This document shows, piece after piece, positions 24,493-32,000 of a DNA stretch of 32,000 nucleotides (position 1 is its first letter; every line of letters begins with the position of its first letter). The stretch covers positions 540,001 to 572,000 of the forward strand of contig NZ_CP180230.1 of NCBI RefSeq assembly GCF_047555085.1. The letters are read 5' to 3'. Both the position numbers and the translations under genes were made by a program. This DNA comes from Candidatus Saccharimonadota bacterium (GTDB lineage Archaea; Nanohalarchaeota; Nanosalinia; Nanosalinales; Nanosalinaceae). The notes under the pieces are model-generated. The model was not told where the DNA came from. It saw only the letters and a list, made by a program, of their open reading frames with translations, and did no database searches.

Positions 24493-25692
24493 ATGTTCCT
24501 AGATTTCCTGAAACTTGCAGTCCGGAATATACGTCACAGGAAGAGAAGAAGCTGGCTGACTATCCTGGGAACTATGATCGGCATTCTTGCGATAGTATCA
24601 CTTATATCTATAGGACAGGGCCTTGAAAATTCTGTTCAGCAGGAAGTGCAGGATATCGGAGGAAATAAAGTGTTCATCTCTCCTGGAGGAGGATCGTTCC
24701 AGCGTTTTACAGGTACAGCAGACACTCTTTCTGAAGAAGATCTCTCTGTGATCCGCAATACTAGAGGCGTAGAAAAAGCAGCCAGCGTCATAACAGGATC
24801 TGTAATAGCAGATTATCAGGGAGAAAAAGAGTACATGACTATCCGAAGCGGGCCTCTGGAAGGAAATGAAGAGCTTATACAGGAGGTTGATGCTTTAAAC
24901 GTCGAAGAAGGTCGATTTATGAGGCCTGCCGATACCACAAACATTGTTCTGGAGGAAAATACTGCTCAGGATACATTCGAGGAGGAACTTGGCGTAGGGA
25001 GCAGGATAGAGATCGAAAACGAAAAATTCCGTGTGGTAGGCATAGTTTCCAGAGGACTGAGTACAGGAGGAGGCCTCTACATGAATATTGATCAGGCCAG
25101 GAAGCTTCTTAACAGATCTGAAGGATACGATTCTATAGTGGCGGAGGCTCAGGATGGAGTGGAGCCTTCTGATCTTGAGGATAGAATCAGGAGAAATCTA
25201 AGGCAGTCACGCAACTTGGATGAAGGAGAGGAAGATTTCTCTACTAGAACTGCCGAAGACATCATAAGATCATTCAATAATCAACTGGCTATAATCAGAG
25301 GAGTACTTGTTGGCATAGGAGGCATCTCTCTTCTCGTAGGAGCTGTAGGGATTATGAATACGATGTACACGTCGGTAGTGCAGAGGACACGTGAAATAGG
25401 AGTCATGAAGGCGATCGGAGCTACCAGAAAACAGATAATGCTGATATTTATGATAGAATCCGGTATCATCGGTGCTGTAGGAGGCCTTATAGGAGCGATT
25501 CTTGGGGTAGGGCTGAGTAGTCTGGCTGCGGAATACGTGTCCCGCAGTATGGGCCTTGCTTTCTCCGCATCGGTAAGCTCCGAGCTCCTGATCGGATCAG
25601 TGTTTTTTGCGTTTGTAGTTGGAATGATTTCCGGTGTTTTACCTGCAAGGAAGGCTGCCAGGCTTAAGCCTGCGGAGGCGTTGAGTTACTGA
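24493..25692 (+). CDS. ABC transporter permease, MacB/FtsX type
   Basis: 399 aa. The layout is TM1, a large extracytoplasmic domain, and a C-terminal FtsX module (GIMNTMYTSV.QRTREIGVMKAIGA....I..IF..E). Confidence 0.88.
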   Translation: MFLDFLKLAVRNIRHRKRRSWLTILGTMIGILAIVSLISIGQGLENSVQQEVQDIGGNKVFISPGGGSFQRFTGTADTLSEEDLSVIRNTRGVEKAASVITGSVIADYQGEKEYMTIRSGPLEGNEELIQEVDALNVEEGRFMRPADTTNIVLEENTAQDTFEEELGVGSRIEIENEKFRVVGIVSRGLSTGGGLYMNIDQARKLLNRSEGYDSIVAEAQDGVEPSDLEDRIRRNLRQSRNLDEGEEDFSTRTAEDIIRSFNNQLAIIRGVLVGIGGISLLVGAVGIMNTMYTSVVQRTREIGVMKAIGATRKQIMLIFMIESGIIGAVGGLIGAILGVGLSSLAAEYVSRSMGLAFSASVSSELLIGSVFFAFVVGMISGVLPARKAARLKPAEALSY

Positions 25693-26897
25693 TGATAGAG
25701 GAATTTTTCAAGCTTTCATACAGGAATATTCGTTACAGAGGTCGTCGAAGTATTCTTACAGTTATAGGTGTTTTCATAGGTATCGCTGCAGTGGTGGCTC
25801 TTGTATCTCTGAGTCAGGGCCTCCAGACATCAGTAGAGAACGAGTTCCAGAGCATTGGAGCAGATAAACTTTTCATAAGTGCAGGGCAGAGCACCCAGAG
25901 TTCTGCATCAGACAGGAAGCTTATGCAGCAGGATCTTGAGGCGGTGAGAAATGTTCAGGGAGTTGATGCTGCTGGAGGAGCTCTTTTCCGGACAGTGAGG
26001 ATGAGTTATCAGGATGAACAGGCCTTTGGAATACTTCTGGGTATTCCTACTGATGAGACACGTGAGATAGTGGAGACTTCATGGGCTATGGAGATAGAGT
26101 CAGGTAGAAGTATACGCCCTACCGACACTTCCAGTGTTGTTATAGGGAGCAGTACATCAGCTTCAAAGTTTGAGGAAGAGATAGGCCTGAGAAGGCAGCT
26201 GGAGATAGAGGACGAGGAAGTACGAGTTGTTGGCGTCATGAAGCCGACAGGAGATCCTTCAATAGACGGATCAGTACTGCTGCCTCTGGAAAGATCACGT
26301 GAACTACTGGATATAAATGATGAAACATATGACTGGATTTTTGCAAGAATGCAGCCAGGATTCGAACCGGATGAAGTGAAGGAGGACGTAGAAGAGGCCT
26401 TGAGAGATTCAAGAGATGTGGATGAGGACAATCAGGATTTTTCAGTTTCCACACAGGAAGATCTGCTTGAATCATTCAACAGCATACTGGGGCTGGTGCG
26501 TGGCGTTGTGATCGGCATAGCATCCATATCTCTTCTTGTGGGTGCTGTAGGAATCATGAATACAATGTATACTTCCGTGACTGAGAGAACACGTGAGATC
26601 GGAGTTATGAAAGCTATAGGAGCCACAAGAAAACAGATACTCACAATCTTCCTGATAGAATCCGGTATAATAGGAATGATAGGAGGCCTGATAGGCTTAC
26701 TGGCAGGATTAGGTCTCTCAACAGTTGCAGCCATGGCCGCCACAGAACTAGCTCAGCTGCCGATAAATCCATATATTTCCGCAGAACTCGTTGTATTTTC
26801 TCTTGGATTTGCGTTCCTGCTGGGGATGATCTCCGGATTCCTTCCGGCCAGGAAAGCAGCTAATCTGGAGCCGGCAGAGGCATTGAGATATGAATAG
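25692..26897 (+). CDS. ABC transporter permease, MacB/FtsX type (paralog of the preceding gene)
   Basis: 401 aa with the same architecture and shared blocks (LLVGAVGIMNTMYTSV.ERTREIGVMKAIGATRKQI). Its start overlaps the preceding stop by 1 nt. Confidence 0.88.
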   Translation: MIEEFFKLSYRNIRYRGRRSILTVIGVFIGIAAVVALVSLSQGLQTSVENEFQSIGADKLFISAGQSTQSSASDRKLMQQDLEAVRNVQGVDAAGGALFRTVRMSYQDEQAFGILLGIPTDETREIVETSWAMEIESGRSIRPTDTSSVVIGSSTSASKFEEEIGLRRQLEIEDEEVRVVGVMKPTGDPSIDGSVLLPLERSRELLDINDETYDWIFARMQPGFEPDEVKEDVEEALRDSRDVDEDNQDFSVSTQEDLLESFNSILGLVRGVVIGIASISLLVGAVGIMNTMYTSVTERTREIGVMKAIGATRKQILTIFLIESGIIGMIGGLIGLLAGLGLSTVAAMAATELAQLPINPYISAELVVFSLGFAFLLGMISGFLPARKAANLEPAEALRYE

Positions 26898-26915
26898 AAA
26901 AAGAGAAATAAGTTA

Positions 26916-26935
26916 GAGGCCTGGAAAAAGGCCTC
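26916..26935. terminator. Hairpin GAGGCCU-GGAAAA-AGGCCUC between convergent genes
   Basis: A 7-bp perfect stem is built from two AGGCCT copies. It sits in the 48-nt spacer between the permease stop (26897) and the sod stop (26946). Confidence 0.35.
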
Positions 26936-26945
26936 CAAGTGAGCT

Positions 26946-27548
26946 CTAGTTGAAAGTTTCTGTAAGTTCGGAGTAGTTTTCCTCGACGTTGTCCCAGTTG
27001 ACGACGTCGAAGAAGCTGTCGATGAAGTCTCCGCGCTTTGGTCCGTAGTCGTGATAGTACGAGTGCTCCCATACATCCAGGGCAAGGACAGGGTGTGCTC
27101 CCCATACCGCTCCATCGTCGTGCTTATCGACTGCGACGTTGTGTAGCTCGTCTTCGCGTGGGATGTAGACCAGTAGCGCCCATCCGGAGGCGCTTGAAGC
27201 AGCTGCCTTGAACTCCTTCTTCCAGGCCTCGTAACTTCCGAAATCCTCCTCGATCTTCTCCATTAAATCGCCGGAAGGCTTGCCTCCACCGTTCGGAGAC
27301 ATGTTCTCCCAGAAAAGCTCATGCAGTACGTTTCCACAGAAATTATGTGTAAACGAGTTCAGCAGGCTTCCGGTAGAAGAGTAATCACCGTTTTCTCTCT
27401 GTTCCTCAAGGCCCTGTTCAGCGTTGTTCCATCCGTTGACGTATCCCTGATGGTGTACGTCGTGATGCCATTCAAGGACCTGCTCGGAGATAGCGGGTTC
27501 GAGAGCGTCGTATTCGTAAGGTAGTTCTACAAGACTTCTGTCTGTCAT
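26946..27548 (-). CDS. sod: Fe/Mn superoxide dismutase
   Basis: Matching blocks are LPYEYDALEPAIS, WHHDVHHQGYVNG and DVWEHSYYHDYG..R..F. Confidence 0.97.
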   Translation of the reverse strand: MTDRSLVELPYEYDALEPAISEQVLEWHHDVHHQGYVNGWNNAEQGLEEQRENGDYSSTGSLLNSFTHNFCGNVLHELFWENMSPNGGGKPSGDLMEKIEEDFGSYEAWKKEFKAAASSASGWALLVYIPREDELHNVAVDKHDDGAVWGAHPVLALDVWEHSYYHDYGPKRGDFIDSFFDVVNWDNVEENYSELTETFN

Positions 27549-27636
27549 GTTTTAATTTTTCACCGTTTCCTAGATTAGGTACGACTAATTTATTCCTTCC
27601 GGTAACGTTTTCAAAACCTGAAACACATCCGGTACT

Positions 27637-27849
27637 ATGAATATCCTGATACCTACTGTAACTTTCATCGTTGGATTTCTTCTAGGGCTTGGAGCCATGA
27701 TACTTTACATCCAGTACAGCATGTACTCACAGATGAGCGACCTCGAGAAGCATATGGACGAGATGCAGAATATGGCTGCAGGAGATTTTGAGTTCCCTGA
27801 TATGGAAGATGAGACCTCAGAAAAGGAGAAAAAAGAAGAAGAGGAATAA
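27637..27849 (+). CDS. Small single-TM protein with an acidic tail (hypothetical)
   Basis: 70 aa. It has an N-terminal TM helix, IPTVTFIVGFLLGLGAMILYI, and a C-terminal E/K-rich tail. Confidence 0.45.
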   Translation: MNILIPTVTFIVGFLLGLGAMILYIQYSMYSQMSDLEKHMDEMQNMAAGDFEFPDMEDETSEKEKKEEEE

Positions 27850-27874
27850 GACCGATTTTTCCTTACTGGTCTAA

Positions 27875-28108
27875 TTATTCCTGATACGTTTGATAACCGA
27901 AGTAGACCTGGTACAGTCCTGCAAGACCAACTAGAAGGTATACTGCAGGTGCCAGGACCTCGACTCCCACTACACTTGCCAGAAGATCTACGACATTCAA
28001 GTTCATCTCTGTGAATGTTCCTAGACCATCTAGACCCCAGTTAAGTGCTCCAATAACGACTAGCACGTAGGAAGCGAGTTCAATTTGATTCATATCTTCC
28101 ATAAGCAC
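27875..28108 (-). CDS. DUF378-family small membrane protein
   Basis: 77 aa. The signature VIGALNWGLDG...N.V..L......VY.LVGLAGLY is characteristic of DUF378. The exact start Met is uncertain. Confidence 0.7.
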   Translation of the reverse strand: MLMEDMNQIELASYVLVVIGALNWGLDGLGTFTEMNLNVVDLLASVVGVEVLAPAVYLLVGLAGLYQVYFGYQTYQE

Positions 28109-28153
28109 CTAAGTTTTAGTCTTCAACCCATTAAAAGGTAACGAAGAGGAAAC

Positions 28154-28516
28154 CTACTTTTCGTCTTCAAGACGCTCTGCAGTCCTCTCCATCTCGTCAG
28201 AGATGCTTCTAAGCTCCTCAATAAAGGCCTCTGTACGGGCATTGTACTCTTCCTTGATCTCGACGTCTCTCAACGCAACTCTCAGATGCGACTCCTTTAC
28301 CTTCGCCATCATCTCGGCCTCATCTAGAGTACCTTCGATGATCTCATCTAGAAGGCCTGAAAGAACAGTGTTGATAACGTGTGGAACGTCTCCATCAAGA
28401 GTCTGTTCATCATCCATTTTCTCCCTTAGAAGTCGTGCGATACGTCCCTCGGAGAGAGCTAGATCAGAGTTTTCAAGCTGTCCATAATCATTCGGTATAA
28501 ACTTCTCAAGATCCAT
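28154..28516 (-). CDS. Hypothetical protein, possibly a histone-fold-like core with a helical C-terminal tail
   Basis: 120 aa. The segment LSEGRIARLLREKM...VPHVINTVLSGLLDEIIEGTLDEAEMMAKVKESHLRVALRDV has the helix-loop-helix-loop-helix spacing of archaeal histone / CBF-NFY folds. This is pattern-level evidence only. Confidence 0.5.
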   Translation of the reverse strand: MDLEKFIPNDYGQLENSDLALSEGRIARLLREKMDDEQTLDGDVPHVINTVLSGLLDEIIEGTLDEAEMMAKVKESHLRVALRDVEIKEEYNARTEAFIEELRSISDEMERTAERLEDEK

Positions 28517-28548
28517 GAATAAAGCAGAGAAACTGAATTTCTTAAACG

Positions 28549-29139
28549 TTACAGGCCCTGAACAGCAGAATCATAGAAACGCTTCAGAAAGGCCTCTCCA
28601 ATAACATTCCCGTACTCTTCATGCATCGGATCAGAAAGATCCTCAGGATCATCAAAGACTATGTAATTGCTGACCTCGCCTAACTTGGCCTCTTCAACAT
28701 CATCGGGAACAGTATCACTTGCAACGATATGAGGATGATGAAAAGTAGTATTTCCGGCGTAAGCAACTACAGGCCCATCATCGTGAGTATAATCCACAAG
28801 CGAACGGAGGCCTTGAGCAGCATACTCTGCGAACTCTTCATCTCCCGGAAAATAACTGTGATCATTCAGGACAAGCATGTTCCTGCGCTCATGCCCCTTC
28901 ATATCTGCCGTTTCAACGATGTAGAAGTCATTATTCTTCTGGAAAACTATTTCCCCCTGATTATACGGGTAATCAGTTATAGTACACAGCGCACATCTTT
29001 TATCCTGTAAAGGAGGCACCACAAAGCCTTCAGAAAAATCTTCCAGACCTTGAAGAAAATCACTAAGACGTGGCTCCGCCTCACCCGGTTCAAGAAGAGC
29101 TTCGATACCCTGTGAATCCTGTTGCGGAAACTGTCGCAT
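28549..29139 (-). CDS. Hypothetical protein with a HIT-like layout and a degenerate histidine triad
   Basis: 196 aa. It reads CALCTI....GEIVFQKNNDFYIVE.....GHERRNMLVLNDH...TTFHHPHIVA, resembling the HIT family order, but HxHxH is not intact. Confidence 0.5.
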   Translation of the reverse strand: MRQFPQQDSQGIEALLEPGEAEPRLSDFLQGLEDFSEGFVVPPLQDKRCALCTITDYPYNQGEIVFQKNNDFYIVETADMKGHERRNMLVLNDHSYFPGDEEFAEYAAQGLRSLVDYTHDDGPVVAYAGNTTFHHPHIVASDTVPDDVEEAKLGEVSNYIVFDDPEDLSDPMHEEYGNVIGEAFLKRFYDSAVQGL

Positions 29140-29259
29140 CCTTCCCTACAGGAAAGTTCTCGCACCATATTTAAGAAATGAACCCGGGAAGGAGAGGCCT
29201 TCGAATTCATTCGAGGCCTTTTATTCAAAAAGCTTTCATTCCATGAATCTATTTACAGC

Positions 29260-29334
29260 GCGGTTGTGGTGTAGTCCGGCCAATCATGTTGGCTTCTCGA
29301 GCCAACGACCCGGGTTCAAATCCCGGCAACCGCA
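29260..29334 (+). tRNA. tRNA-Glu (anticodon CUC)
   Basis: The sequence is GCGGTTGTGGTGTAGTCCGGCCAATCATGTTGGCTTCTCGAGCCAACGACCCGGGTTCAAATCCCGGCAACCGCA. The anticodon stem is TTGGC/GCCAA with loop TTCTCGA, and the T arm is CCGGG-TTCAAAT-CCCGG. Confidence 0.9.
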
Positions 29335-29410
29335 AATATTTTCGAGTATTTCTACTGTTTCTCACGTAAAAAATCAGAGACAGAACGGACTGATACTGTA
29401 GAAAGTTATT

Positions 29411-32000
29411 TCATCCGCTGAATTCATCGAATTCATTCATCCTGTCTCCGTATTTTCTTGACAGCTTTCTTCTGAAAGTTACCTCTATAGCTGTGAATAC
29501 TGTAAGTGCTGCTGCAATGTATCCCCATTCAGTGAGGCCTAGAGGTACTACACCGAAGAATTCTGAGACTGGTGTGTATACTACTATCAAATGGCTTAGA
29601 GATGCCAGGCCTATCATAGAGATCAGCCATTTGTTGTCACGGAGCTTTAATCCGTAGTCTCTTCGAATGACCTGGAACATGATTATCTCGAAGAAAGCCA
29701 GTGCCATGAAGAGCATTGTCTGTGCTGTTGCAAAGTTCTGCTTCAGAATTACTCCAAACAACTGCTCCTGAAGGAAAAACAATGGAAGCATAGTAGCTGC
29801 TGCAAGAGGGCCTGTAAACGCTATCATAGCCAGTATCTTCCTGTCTATAATCGATTCATCAGGATCACGTGGATCTCTCTCCATGATACCTTCTACCTTT
29901 GGATCCTCTCCCAGTGCAATAGCTGGAGGACCATCGCTAGCGAAGTTCACCCACAGTATCATCACTGCTGTAAGCACAGAGGCCTCAGAAGCTGCAAAGG
30001 CCTGCTCTGGGCCGCTGAAGAAGAGGCCTGCTATCAGAGTCCCCAGGAATATGAACATCACTTCCCCTGAGTTAGTCGAGAGCAACTGATTCGTGACTTT
30101 TCTTATATTGTCGAAGACTGCTCGTCCTTCCGAGATAGCATCTCTTATAGTTACGAAGTTGTCGTCCTGTAGTACCATGTCGCTGCTTTTCTTGGCGACG
30201 TCTGTTCCTCTCTGTCCCATGGCTACTCCGACATCCGAGTTTTTCAGCGCAGGCGCATCGTTCACTCCGTCACCTGTCATAGCCACGTTGTATCCGTGAT
30301 CCTGAAGGGCCTGAGAGATTCTGACCTTATGTTCTGGAGAGACTCTTGCAAATATCTCTGTCTCCTTAACGGCCTCACCAAGCTCTTCATCACTCATCTT
30401 CTCTATCTCCTGGCCGGTGATAGCTCCTTCAGGATCAAATCCAAGCTCCTTCCCTATAGCCTTCGCAGTCTCGATATTATCTCCAGTCGCCATGATCACG
30501 CCGATACCTGCATTCCTGCAGTCATTAACTGCATCCTCTACTTCTTCACGTGCCGGATCTATGATTCCCTGAAGGCCCAGAAATACCATGCCACTTTCTA
30601 TATCTTCTTCAGAGGCCTCGTCATCATCCAGATCTTTTCTTGCGAATCCAAGAACTCTCAAGGCCTCTCCTGCGTACTCATGATTCTTTTCAAGTATCTC
30701 CTCTTTCTTCTCCTCAGTAAGCTTTTTCTCCTCGCCCTCAAGCAGGATCCTGTCACACCTGTCCAGGACTACTTCAGGCGCTCCCTTCATATAGGCCTGG
30801 GAATCGTCAGTAACTACGGTCATCCTTTTCCTGTCAGATGAGAAAGGTATACTTCTGACACGTTCTTTATCGTTCTCTATGCCTGCCTTGAGGCCTGAAA
30901 TCAACAAGGCCTTTTCAGTTGGTTCTCCACTGAATCCATCGTCTCTTTTCTCTGCATTGTTGCAGTAGACTCCACATTCAAGTACAGGCCTGAGATACTC
31001 CGAATCTATCTTTTCTCCGTCTTTTTTGAAAAGGCCTTGCGTTGATTCGCCTGTGCCTGTAACACTGTAGTCTTCTCCCTGGAAATGGACTTTTTCCACT
31101 GTCATTACGCCCTCAGTCAGAGTTCCTGTCTTATCGGTTACAATGTAGTTAACTGAGCCAAGTGCCTCAACTACTGGAAGACGCCTTACGAGAGCATTTT
31201 TATCTATCAACTTTCGGGAGCCCAGGGCCAGAGTTAAAGTAACTATAGCAGGAAGCGATTCAGGTATAGCCGCAACAGAGAGGCCTATAGCCAGTATGAT
31301 AACTGTTAATGGGCCTGCACCTGTCATAGTCGCCTGTATAAGTGCTGTTAAAGTGACTATGCCGACAACAAGATATCCTATCTTCTTTCCTAGAACATCT
31401 ACTTCCTCCTGGAACGGTGTCTGGCCACTATCTGCTTCCTCAAGCTCCTCCGCTATATCCCCTACCTCGGTATTCATGCCTGTATCCGTGACTATGGCCT
31501 TTCCACGGCCTTTCACCACGTGCGTGTTCATGAAAACCATGTTTGACTGTTCGGCTACTGCAGCTTCTTCATCAGTGACGCCAGGACTTTTTGACACATT
31601 CCGGCTCTCGCCCGTAAGCGCTGATTCATCAGTTGCAAGCGATTCACTCTCCAGAAGTCGTGCGTCAGCAGGAACAGCATCACCCTGCTCAAGATAGACA
31701 ATATCACCTGGAACGACCTGTGTGGAATCAACCTCCATCTTTTTACCGTCCCTCATCACTGTAGACTCCGGCGTCGCCATCTCTTTAAGAGCCTGAATCG
31801 ATTTCTCTGCCTTGTAATCCTGTCTGAACCCGAAAAGTGCATTAGCGAAAAGTATCAGAAATATTATCGCTGCTTCACGGTACTCAGGCGTATGATCCGG
31901 CAATAAACCTATGGAAAGAGAAAGTAAACCTGCTGCCATCAGCAGATATATCAGATTATCGTTAAACTGGCTGAATAAAATTTTCAGTGCAGAATCGGAC
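29411..32000 (-). CDS. P-type cation-transporting ATPase (P2, Ca2+/cation type). Partial: the N-terminus lies beyond the right edge.
   Basis: Motifs present are DKTGTLTEG, KGAPE, TGDNIETAKAIG, MTGDGVNDAPALK and IPESLPAIVT. The reading frame stays open upstream of the track's Met at 31939 (..ALKILFSQFNDNLIYLLMAAGLLSL, typical of the pre-TM1 region) to position 32000. Confidence 0.93.
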   Translation of the reverse strand, partial: SDSALKILFSQFNDNLIYLLMAAGLLSLSIGLLPDHTPEYREAAIIFLILFANALFGFRQDYKAEKSIQALKEMATPESTVMRDGKKMEVDSTQVVPGDIVYLEQGDAVPADARLLESESLATDESALTGESRNVSKSPGVTDEEAAVAEQSNMVFMNTHVVKGRGKAIVTDTGMNTEVGDIAEELEEADSGQTPFQEEVDVLGKKIGYLVVGIVTLTALIQATMTGAGPLTVIILAIGLSVAAIPESLPAIVTLTLALGSRKLIDKNALVRRLPVVEALGSVNYIVTDKTGTLTEGVMTVEKVHFQGEDYSVTGTGESTQGLFKKDGEKIDSEYLRPVLECGVYCNNAEKRDDGFSGEPTEKALLISGLKAGIENDKERVRSIPFSSDRKRMTVVTDDSQAYMKGAPEVVLDRCDRILLEGEEKKLTEEKKEEILEKNHEYAGEALRVLGFARKDLDDDEASEEDIESGMVFLGLQGIIDPAREEVEDAVNDCRNAGIGVIMATGDNIETAKAIGKELGFDPEGAITGQEIEKMSDEELGEAVKETEIFARVSPEHKVRISQALQDHGYNVAMTGDGVNDAPALKNSDVGVAMGQRGTDVAKKSSDMVLQDDNFVTIRDAISEGRAVFDNIRKVTNQLLSTNSGEVMFIFLGTLIAGLFFSGPEQAFAASEASVLTAVMILWVNFASDGPPAIALGEDPKVEGIMERDPRDPDESIIDRKILAMIAFTGPLAAATMLPLFFLQEQLFGVILKQNFATAQTMLFMALAFFEIIMFQVIRRDYGLKLRDNKWLISMIGLASLSHLIVVYTPVSEFFGVVPLGLTEWGYIAAALTVFTAIEVTFRRKLSRKYGDRMNEFDEFSG

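Noticed and set aside
24493-26897. Nucleotide similarity between the two permease genes as a repeat element
   Set aside because: It is explained by protein-level paralogy (a conserved FtsX module), not by a mobile or non-coding repeat.
1-32000. CRISPR arrays, IS elements, integrases and prophage genes
   Set aside because: I found no regularly spaced direct repeats, no transposase- or integrase-like ORFs and no terminal inverted repeats. The only repeats seen are the AGGCCT hexamer, the tRNA-end fragments and the permease paralogs.

Overview
Gene-dense archaeal chromosomal segment, roughly 90% coding and about 43-44% GC by eye. Archaeal origin is supported by two tRNA genes with bulge-helix-bulge introns at position 37/38, AT-rich TATA-like boxes about 25-30 nt upstream of start codons (mostly leaderless, no clear Shine-Dalgarno), and tRNAs without encoded CCA. 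The predicted proteins are strongly acidic (D/E-rich), which fits a salt-in halophile. A small-genome, nanohaloarchaeon-like source is my inference only. I support about 39 CDS and 5 tRNAs: Gly-GCC, Arg-CCU (59-nt intron), Trp-CCA (119-nt intron), Leu-UAG and Glu-CUC. Recognisable products include endonuclease IV plus an AlkA-like glycosylase (overlapping pair), GlmS, Fe/Mn superoxide dismutase, NAD(P)HX epimerase, pterin-4a-carbinolamine dehydratase, a HAD hydrolase, an EamA transporter, a P-type cation ATPase (partial), a four-gene MacB/FtsX-type ABC module with a COG1361-like surface protein, three MBL-fold proteins, a Toprim protein, and an ArsR-like wHTH gene translationally coupled to an Mrr-like nuclease fusion. 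I saw no rRNA, CRISPR array, transposase or integrase. The most striking signal is not a gene. The palindromic hexamer AGGCCT occurs about 140 times by hand count (about 1 per 230 bp, against roughly 5-10 expected from base composition). It appears in all three codon phases, on both strands and in intergenic DNA, which resembles the HIP1-type highly iterated palindromes of cyanobacteria. Secondary leads are a K-turn plus guide element in the tRNA-Trp intron positioned to target C34, duplicated tRNA end fragments, an MBL paralog that has lost all metal ligands, and a thioredoxin-reductase-like protein reduced to its FAD domain.
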